A stretch of 47,406 nt of DNA, filler included, from Catajapyx aquilonaris (taxonomy: Eukaryota), in assembly GCA_000934665.2 (NCBI GenBank). It is 2 parts of 2 records of this genome, joined end to end, with 100 filler letters (N's around TTAATTAATTAA, not from the genome) between each part and the next. Parts side by side here need not be neighbours in the genome. Positions count along the whole stretch, not along the records: positions 1 to 23,654 come from JYFJ02005643.1; 1 more part is not named here. One strand, written 5' to 3'. Both the position numbers and the translations under genes were made by a program. Positions 1-11,715 of the stretch are shown piece by piece (position 1 is the stretch's first letter; each line of letters begins with the position of its first letter). The notes below the pieces were generated by a model, which did no database searches, was not told the origin of the DNA, and saw nothing but the letters and a program-made list of their open reading frames with translations.

Positions 1-480
1 CTCCCCCTAAAACGGTCACGTGGTATATGGATGACCCCTAACATGTAAGTTGAAATAAGTTTTGCTTTGGTGTTGTGTCTTTACAAAAATAATTATACCC
101 ACCTGGAAAATTTCATAGCAATCTGAAGGCGTGTGTCAATAGAACAGTCTTGTTGATTGACACTTGGTGTTAATGTACCATTATCAAGGTGAAAAACCCA
201 AATACACAGACAAATATTTACACCTCCTGAAAGTAGACTTCAAGACCTTTCTTTTGGTGCAATTTCATTAAAATTGGAGGATACACATTTTGGGAATGAG
301 CTGTGAAAGTTTCAAGGTCATGCCAACAAATGTTATTGATTAATGTGTGAAGATATGATCTCAGCACAATCTGACAGCATTTTTGGAATCGGAAGGTTTC
401 TGTGCATAAGGACAAATATTTTCAACCTTCTACACCAATTAGTTAACACACAATAAAATATTTTGAAAAACAAGTCGTGC

Positions 481-665
481 CTTCACAACTCTGCCGTAGC
501 CATTTTCACCCTCATTTGCCTGGCCATAGCTCACGAACTATAAGAGCTAGGAGGCTAAAATTTTCAGGATATTAGTTTCTCAGTACACAGTTTGCCCAGT
601 TAAAACTTCAAGAGTATCTGAGATGGTGGGTGACATGGCTGGATGAACTGACATGGAATGACCCC
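481..665. mobile_element. Partial non-autonomous DNA transposon (right end ...GAACTGACATGGAATGACCCC followed by TTA; PIF/Harbinger-like). A similar type of terminus (...TATGGATGACCCC-TAA) lies at 1-41
   Basis: Terminus reads GGGGTCATTCCATGTCAGTTC on the minus strand and abuts a TWA triplet. No matching left end found, so the left boundary is approximate. Confidence 0.4.
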
Positions 666-716
666 TTAGGGAGACTGCAAATGCATTAATGGCCCATTGT
701 AAGGCCCTGCCTGCAC

Positions 717-834
717 TTTGAGTTATAGAAATTCGAGTTAGGGAAGTTTATTTCCTATTAATTTACATTGTGACCAACCAAACTTATCATTTTCTTCGAC
801 TTATAGAGAACTTCGACTTATAGAAGTTTTACTG
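717..834. mobile_element. Right-end fragment of a pogo/Tigger-like MITE
   Basis: Tandem CTTCGACTTATAGA subterminal repeats (794-807, 811-824), ending ...GTTTTACTG|TA, i.e. a CAGT.. terminus plus TA. Confidence 0.4.
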
Positions 835-2995
835 TATATGAAATTCATGTTATGTTTTTTGGGTTCCTCATTTGGTAGGAAGAAGACACCTTTCCGAAAA
901 AAAAAAATGTGGAGGTCTAAACTTCAAAAACTGAACCCTTTATGAAAAGCCCTGGGAAGCTGTTAAGTTTAAGCAAGAGTAGCTTTTAGACTGTGACTTG
1001 GATGCCAATTTCATGAATCATCATGTAAATAGGAATTGTACAGTGTACGCAACAATTGACGTTATGAATGTCACCAAAATTTAGCGCCAAAAAATAATAA
1101 GACAACATAAGAAAAGATAATGGCACAGCAATTCAAAGGGACCACTCTGATCTGTTAGTCACATTTTTAAAAATGCCTTCTAAAATTGAAACAGAAATCA
1201 AAATAGATCTGCATCGTCGACAATGTGTAGAGAGAGAATAAAAGAGCTTATGAAGAAATCACCCTAATGAGGAAAAATCACTAATTTATTGTCAGAAAAA
1301 TTGACTCAATTTAAGCAGATTCTAAAATGATTTTAACATAAGTCACTGTCTAACACTGTCTAAACACTCCTCTTCATTTCAAGTTCAAAGCCTTGAAAAT
1401 ACTGTTGAGTTTTTGACTCATTTTTTGGTCCCGCAGAAGTGCCCTTTGTGTGCTCTACTACCAATTATCCGGGTCCGAATTTTTTGTTACGGATCATCCG
1501 TGCATAGCCAAAACCACAAGTTAGGATTGGAAGTCTGAAAGAATATCAATATGTCTGGCAAACAAAAAATATCGAATTTTTTCTAAAAGACCAATCTCAA
1601 AATCTATAGCAAATTGTATTATTTTAAGTAAACCTTATTTACAGCAGCACACACTCTGTAGAGTAGTTCATTTTAAACCCATGGATAGCTCTTTTATGGT
1701 ATGTAGGGCCATTTTAGGATTATCAGCATTTTCCTGATTATCCGGGCATGCTCGTACATTCATTAGTAAAGATAATCGGGAGTACAGTGTTACTCACATT
1801 TTCCAGATTTCCCACTGCATTCCCCAACCCGTGAAACTTCTGTGTATCAAAAACCTCACCATGATCGACTTGAGACAAGTGCCTTATCCCCTGTACCACA
1901 TCTAACGGGACCGGGATAGCCTATCCCCGGACATCAGACTAGGGGTCGTAGAGTCTCTCCTTTCCCCCTACCCAGCCCCTCATCCCCCCACGTACGTCCT
2001 TGCTCCCTGTCTTCCTTACCCTGCAGTTCCAAAATGTCTGGCATGGCCACCAGCACCCACACATCTACACCTTCTCCACCAGTAGGACCTGCAATCGCAG
2101 CACGGAAAGATCAAATCCATGCGGCCTTGCAAAGTACAGCTGCAGGCATTATGGTGGACAGTCTGAACAGAGACACCCTTATGACAGCTTAGAACACCTC
2201 TTGAAGTAGTGTATCCCTTACGTCTTCAGGAGATTTTTAAACATCTCGTAGCAGCTGCAAACCTTGGTGAATTGGATGGGTGGTGCCACTCACAGCAACT
2301 GCAAGTTCAGATTTGACAAATGTGCGACAGTGCTGCTCTGTAGGAGTGCTTGAAGCTTGTGGTGACCTGTCATATGATAGTGTACATAACCCAATGCTTC
2401 TGTGGTCCAATACCACACATTGTCATTCTGGCCACCATACTGTTGATGCAGACTAGTTTCTAGGTGTTTATGTCAAAAATGACAGAAATGAGGGTTATCA
2501 CCGTTTTCCACCACACCCCTCAATTGGTGCTTGCTAATACCTTGGTAATAACTAGAGATTATTTTTTGCCTATTACAGATATCTCTCTGAAGCTATTGAT
2601 TACGCATTCAATACATCCCCCATCCCTCTACCCATGTTCTTCTTTACTGAAATGTTAAACAAAGGCACTATTGATATAGTTGAAATAATCTCAACTAATA
2701 AGTTGATTGTAAAGTTGTAGCCTTCTCTGGGAGCGTATGTTATAGCCAGAATTACAAAGGAAAAGAGCAAGTCAATCGTGTGCAGTGTAACAAGCACATC
2801 GAAATCCATCATGCTTCAATGCCTTACTTTTTAGGGCAAAATTATGCTCACAGAACCAAGGAAGACAGTATTACTGTGTCGTGCTCATAAATGCTCAGAT
2901 GCAAACAATATATAACTAAAGTGAATCTTTGTTTAGAGGGCATTGATAGATCATTGACATGAAGATAACTCTGTCTATTTCTCTTTGAAAACCAG

Positions 2996-3097
2996 GTTCC
3001 CCGTGTCTTTGTGAATGGCAAATGCATTGGCGGCTGTTCTGACACTGAAAGCATGTTCAAATCTGGAGAACTGGAAACTATGTTGGCCACCATGTGA
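2996..3097 (+). CDS. Glutaredoxin (GLRX/GLRX2-like), terminal coding exon only; upstream exons with the CxxC site not found in the window
   Basis: After acceptor ctatttctctttgaaaaccAG the exon reads VPRVFVNGKCIGGCSDTESMFKSGELETMLATM*. This matches the glutaredoxin (T)VPxVFxxGxxIGGxxD...GxL signature (cis-Pro loop and GG motif). Absent from the ORF track. Confidence 0.9.
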   Translation, partial: VPRVFVNGKCIGGCSDTESMFKSGELETMLATM

Positions 3098-4024
3098 AGA
3101 AGACAGTCAAGACTAACAAAGAATGGAAGATCTCTCTACATACAAAAACAAATGTAACAAAACTTTTTGGCCTGTAATGAACCTTGCCAAGTAAAGGCTG
3201 TGTTTTTTTGGCACTTGGCTATACTGGCTGTTTCTGAAATAGAACTGGAAATTGTTGCCAAGTAAAATTGAGGTCCTTAGCCTCATTTTGTTGTCTGCTT
3301 TGCTTTTCATCTTTATTATTGTTTGCTTCATTGTTGGGCGCCAAAAATTTACAGATATGATATTTCTTTTTTCGTACACATATCTTTTCATCCTTGCCTT
3401 AGCAGCCTGTGCATATTATTCTTCAATTTACAAAACAATTAAGTACCATCTTAACTGCCAGCACCAACAATCAAGATTTCTGAACAGTATTTAAAACAAG
3501 CACAATAATTAGCAGAGTTTATACATATATCACATGCATATTATTATGTAACAAATGGGCATGATAAAAACACTCATTGTTGGGAGCAATTGCTGGCAAA
3601 TAAACTGCAAAAACATTTATAAAAGAGAAATAGTAATATGTGCGTAAGTGAAAGAAAAAAGACAAGCTCAAAGCCTTTTGCAGTCAACCCAGTGTGATTT
3701 TTGGTTAGCTGTTAATATTTTATTTCCTATTGTTTGGGAAATGGCCATAAAAACTAACTGGCCGTGTACCATTTTTTAAACTTGCAAAAATTATTTCAAA
3801 TCCTCTGCGTTGGACTTTGCTTAGGAAATGTCGGAAACTGGCACTGCCTGTGAATTCATTTTCCTACGCTCACTTGCTAATTTTAAAACTATTTCTGGAA
3901 AAGTAACGAACGTGTTTAAATTGGCAAGATTACTGGCATCACACTGAGAAATTAAACTGCATATAATGCTTTTTGTAAAGAAAGTTGCAAATAAAAAAAC
4001 CTCCAATACTGCAGCCACTTTTGC

Positions 4025-5440
<1,416 letters not shown>

Positions 5441-8400
5441 GGCTTGCTGGAGGAGGAGCTGATGGGGAGGGCCTTGGGGAGGGGCCGGGGGAGGGGCCAA
5501 GGGAGGGGCCAGAGATTGGAGGGCGTGGTGAGTATGGTGGTGGTGGTGGTGTGGGTGGTGGACTAGAGGTGGGGGTGGGGGAAGGGGTGGGAGGGGCGGA
5601 GGGGGCGGGGGCGTGTCTTGGGCCAGCTCTCCTCCAATTACCGGCCTTCTTCCTCCCTCCTCCTCCGCCCTCGGATGACTCACACCCGATACGTCAGGTG
5701 AACTGTGAGAAAACACAATTTGAAATATGATGTACATTTTAATTTTTAAATTTAAATTTACAAAATCGCACAGGGTAGGAACTCACTACATGCAATAATG
5801 GCAATTAACGTTTTCCAACAGTTAACTAGTGTTGATTGCGGATTTTCATGATACGTGAGAGATGCACTTTCACGCTGATATAATAGTATGTCGGTAATCT
5901 AAATGACCTAATGGAGCTAGGTTTCCCGGGCCATCCGCGATTTGAATGGCTGATCCCCGTTTTGTGGGAATTGCGCTTTTTTTGCGGGTTAATTTTGTAA
6001 GCCTGATTGAACAGGGTTTTATTGTCATCATATAAAGGCGCTAGTATTTTGATAGAGTAGGCTACTTATTCATTTATTTGCCTCGAGAGTAGAGGAACTT
6101 GCATTATATTGTATATACGTACTATCTGTAAAAAAGTTATGGCCAGACGTATCCTGGAACTATGCAACAATCAGCTCTATGCGAAGTCTACGAAGAAAAA
6201 GTAAATACTGGAGTGCTATTGATTGTATACAGCCAGACAGATAGTCCTGTATACATTCTCGCAGAAGTGTTTGTACAGCCTGTAGTTGTTAATTAATTAG
6301 CGCTAGAATACATAATATGCCTCAGGTTGACTATCAATAATCCCTGTTTTGTAGTGATTACTAGAGAGTGAGAGAGAGAGAACTCCTCGTTATACGAGCA
6401 CAGGGCGAGTAATATAATGATTTACCACACGTTTTTGGCTGTAAATCGCAAATAAGTTGAAAAAACATGCCCATATCAAATTAAAGAAAAATTGCACTGA
6501 CTTGATTATTGGAATTTATCTCCATCTTGGATCTTTAGAAATATCACAGTATATCCTATTTTCAATGTTGCCTGATGTTATTTGTACATTTTGTCTGGAT
6601 CACAGGTTTATGGGCCGCTATATTCAGTGAATTCACAAATGATCCTGCAGCTAGTGAATGCAGCCAAGTGAAGCATTTTAAAGGTGCTGGACTCACTACT
6701 TTTCACTTAACATGGATGAAGGAAATGACATATCGAATAACTGGATATAAAGATATCTTTTATGGGGAAAAAAACTGCAGCCAATCTCCAGCTTCTTTCA
6801 TGATTTGCAGCAAAGTATGCTGGTTTCGTTTTACATTACTCAGCACCATGTGTAGAGGATGACGTATAATGCAGAGTATGGTTGAGAATAGCTCTCAGGC
6901 CTGATCTATAGACAAATGTGATTGTATATTTCCTTTTTTTGTTGTTGCTGTTGTTTTTTTTTAAAAAAAACGAAGAAAAAAAATGAAACTATTGGCAGTA
7001 AAGAGAAGATAGTAGCCTCGTAACACTAAAAAGTCACATGACTGACCTGCAAAAGGACTGGTAATGTACCGAGATGATGCAAGGGATGTTGCATGATTAC
7101 AGAGCATGAAATGATTTTATTGTTTTTATATGAGCGGAAACCTGACGCACTATATAATGACGTCAATACTACTTCATTATAACATTACGGATATTACCTC
7201 GGATGCAAGCGGTGACTCGGAAAAATAAATACCGATTTCGGAATATAACTATTCCAATTTGAATATTATGGTTAGATAATTTACGAGACTTCCTCGTATA
7301 ATTTATGAGTATTATTTTTATGGTACGCTATGCCTATACTCTCCGCTTGTGCAGCGGAAGTGTGGATGGAGTACAATTATTTTGAAGGGAAGAACTTGGC
7401 ACTCGCAGTGATTGGTTCTCGCAGACGTTCCGTCCAAATATCCATTACAATCTCTCTTAGCTATTCTGTAATGGTTATTAAACTTACATTTTAAATAAAA
7501 TATTATATTGGTTTTGAAACACTTATTTTAAGACACGGCGGCTGCCTTGTCAACAAATCCCCCTAACAGTTGACTAGTGTAAATATTATTGCTTTTAGTT
7601 TACATTAGAGGGATGTTCACCCAGCTATACACAAGGCGTCGTATTATGTTTAAATTCACCCCCTTTAATCACTGCTTATTACAGTTTGACAATTTAGCAA
7701 AAAATAAATAAATTTCAGCACTGCCACAACTATTTTTTTTTGCAATAAATCTGGACTAGCATATGTCACACTAATGTTTAAAAAATAATGCATGACCTCA
7801 AGCATGCAATCCAATGGGTGCAGATTGTATTAGTTTATTAACCCACGACACATTATGAATACATTCAAATAAGTGTTCGCATAAAGCCATAAATGAATCA
7901 ATTGATCACAAAAGTTTCCAGCCCTTCACAGAAATATGATTGTATTTTCGCCTCGTCGGGTCGAGAACCAAGTGCCAAATCGAGGATCGTCCCCCCTTCG
8001 TGAAACAAAACACATTCTGTCTGTCTGCCTGTCCATAAAAAGCAGGGCCGCCTACGTTCCTTCCCCTACCCCCACCCTCCTTCCCTCTACCCCCCACTTC
8101 TGGAAACACTCTCAAGAAAACCCAGCACTAACTGCCGGATATTCGAGATCAACCTCTGCTTTGGAGGGGGTTTAGACCCCCGCATATACCAAAAAAATTA
8201 TTAGGCCAGTTATTGCACTGTTGCAACATCGTCTGGTTCGAGATATGACTAATAAAATGTGCAAACCGGGAAGAAATGGTTTTATCGCGACACTTGAGAC
8301 CAGTCTGGGTTACAGTGGGGTTAGGTTTCGCGGATTCTGTTTCTGGCGATATGATGCATCTGTTGAGCTACGCAATTCGTTCAAGGTTGACTTGGGATAC

Positions 8401-11400
8401 GTCATGTTGCTAACCGATTTGAAAGTAGCACGTGAGAATTTTAAAAATGAGCTATGCTTTTCCGGAATTTGGCAAACATTGTGCTATTTTTAAAATATAT
8501 ATTATTCATATGTGAACCAATGCAGTTTAGAGGCACTATGGGGTTTCCCCCCTATGATATCTTCATGCAGTGTAGTACCTACATTTTGAGCTTGGACTAA
8601 AGGACACCAAAGAGCGGATTTGGTTTCAAAGCATCAAGGTGCATTGCAAAAAGGGGAGAATTTAGAGCACTGTCAGAGACACATAAGAGCAATGGTGCTC
8701 GTTTCAAAAAAAAAAAAATTGCAAGGTCTGTACCTCCAAAGTGTTTCTACATTTTCTAAAGGCGACACTGGAGCCAACTAAGCACTTTGCATGATCAAAA
8801 TTTAAAATCGCTACACACTGCACCTTTCTCAATTAATCATTAAAATCTAAACATTGATTTCAGAAAATGTTTCACTTTTACATAATTTAATCCCAATCAC
8901 CAAGGTCTTGTAGAATGACCCTTAGAGCAATCGATCAACACATACCGTGTAATTGTGTCTAGAAATACTCGCCATATCTACGTCATGCCACTAATCACCC
9001 AATTGTGATAAATGTGTCTGAAACCTCCAATAAGTCGAAGGACACTCACGAAAAGCACAGAATTCATGTGAACACATACACATGTACACTCACGCACTCA
9101 CACGCGTGCAATCACCCTCGCGGTCCAAAAGCGTGTCTTGCTAGTCTGGGAATCAAGTCCAAGAAGCCAAAGGCAGCTGGAGACGCTCAGTTGCCACATG
9201 TGCTGCAGCTTGAGACGTGCGAAAACAAAAAAAGAAGAAGAAGAAAAGTGCCACTGTACTCTTGCTACTAATGCATAATTGGAGCGCGACTAATCATTGT
9301 GTTTGCACACTTTTCAGTTGATCTCAAAAAGTAGTGACACTCATAGATGTAGCATATAATGTACTGGGAACATTGTGTGGTATGCAATGTGATATGCCTA
9401 TATAAACATGTGATATGCACAAAGGATTTTACATAGTTGAATACATACCAATAGGACAACCTATTTTGTAAATGGTGGTTAGTTTGATATACATTTTAAA
9501 TTTATCTTGGTGCATAAATTTAGTGTCACTGTTCTTGTAAATAACATGACCTACTCGTACACAAACGGTGCTATTGTCGTTTAAAATCTCATTTTTCACC
9601 GCCATTATAGCTGCCTGAGTGTATCGTTTATCGTTCATCTTCATAATCTTCCAGAGAATGGCAAAATTTCTTCATAATATTTTTATATTACTGCCCCATA
9701 GTCTGGACAGCGCAGCGGTGGTATCTTACGCTGAACTCATATAAAATGTTAGAATTTCTTTCCAAGGTAACTAACTCCCCTCACTGTGCTCACTGAGGGT
9801 TTATATATGTATTATTTTAACCTAGTAGTAAGCAAATCTCTTTTATAGTCGTTTATTGTATATTACATGATTGATCAGTGAAAAGCCAGTGTATTAGATT
9901 ATTATATTAACTATATGTTTATGTCGTTTCCATACATCAGTGTTTTACTGGAATACGTACTGTAAGTGACAAACCCAAAGTAACATACATAAAAACATTT
10001 CTACGCAATTTGTTCTGTGTTCCTCACATATTTAGCCATCACATGTAATGAAACCTAAGTGTCACTTATCCAGCGTGATAAATGTACTATAGCAACAAAA
10101 TAAGTGGTCTGCTGAAAGGTAGCAAGTACTGTGTTCTCCTTGCTCGTCAGACAAAGTTCATCGTCCTAAACGTACTTCTAATTTGAGCTAACTACATATT
10201 GGTGCAAATCTGGCAATACTGTTTGGCACCCCTCGTCCCTTTCCCCCCACCCCCCCGTCACACACACTCTCCCAATATGTCTATTCTTAGTCTTTCCTAT
10301 TGGTAGAACGCCCAGTGCGTCACTTCACCTGCTTCCTTGCTTGTGGCCCCCGCTGAATTCTTGTCTTCATCTGTCAACCAGTTTACATCCACAGTTATTG
10401 TTATTGCCTCCATCCCTCGCTGTTGTTATTTTTGGGTAGCTTCTTCCGATTTTTGGCAAAATGACTATTAAAATCTCAGGAAGTCCAGATCTGATATATA
10501 GGCCTACTTGTATTTTGAATTCAGCCTGCCATGTAATGTCAAGGGTGGGCGTACTATATTCATGAGGCCAGGGTTCTGAACACAAGCAGTGCACCATTGA
10601 TCCAAAATAGTTCGCAAGGTGGAATAGAAATGGGTAGTGAGAATAGTTAATTAGAATTAAATTGCGACCTACTTATTAACAGTACTGTCGGATTCAAAAG
10701 TGTGTCCCAGAGTGATTTGATATATGTAAAATGTATTACAGGGAAATGTTACTTCTCATTGAGGTTCCTTGGGCCCATATTTGACATGATTAAAGATTAT
10801 TTTGGCTGACTGCTAAGCTTTTCTAAGAAATTGCTTTTGGGTGGGTCAGCATCCATTGCAAACCAATTTGTCACCTTAATGTAATAATATAGACAGCTAG
10901 TGTTCAATAGTCTGGTGCCATTTGGAATTTTGGTTAAATAAGATGGATACTCATCAATCTTGATAAGACCTACCAAAAAAAACAAGTTAAAAATATGCGT
11001 AAAGTCTAAGACTCTAAATATTCACTCTGTTACCTGAAACTTTTGTAAGTAAAGTCCCATAAAAATGTTTATATCGATATAGTCTCAAGAATATTGGTTT
11101 ACACACACTTTGCGAACCGAGAGAACAATATATGTCAGTAAAGTCGTTTTCCGTGTCTGTTATTTACCGGGTGTAAAAGGCGTCCTGAGAGACCCTACGA
11201 AAAATGCGGATAGCCTGGTACACACTGGCGAAATGCAAGCTTTCCTCTTCGAAAGTTTCGGAATTGGTCGTGCCCTGCGGGATTCAAACGTGCCCGTAGC
11301 CGATGAAGAGGTTGGAGTGCCTGCTGCTGCTCTGTGTAAGCTTATAGTCCTGCACTACTACGTACTATTACTACTACTACGGCACTGAAGAAAAACAATA

Positions 11401-11540
11401 TCCCTGAATGTCCATTACTGTGCAGCACCGGACTAATATTTACTCGCGGAATTTCGGAAACCACGATCAGGGGATGTAGGTCAGTGAACGAGTCAAACTT
11501 TGCTCAACATTGCATAGTTGCAACGATTGAGCAATGGTTG

Positions 11541-11715
11541 ACTCTGGAGGCATATACTCATCCAGGTCACTCGCAATCGACGAAGTCGATTGACGTCAAA
11601 ATGACGTCGCCAATGATGACCAGGGCAGGGCGAGGAGAATTGGCGACGTCATTTTAACGTCAATCGACTTTGTCGAATGCGAGTGACCTGGATGAGTATA
11701 TACGCCTCCTGGAGT
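11541..11715. mobile_element. Palindromic MITE / hairpin with ~65-bp arms and TA-rich ends
   Basis: ATATACTCATCCAGGTCACTCGCAATCGACGAAGTCGATTGACGTCAAAATGACGTCGCCAAT pairs with ATTGGCGACGTCATTTTAACGTCAATCGACTTTGTCGAATGCGAGTGACCTGGATGAGTATAT with few mismatches; loop about 25 nt. Confidence 0.8.
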
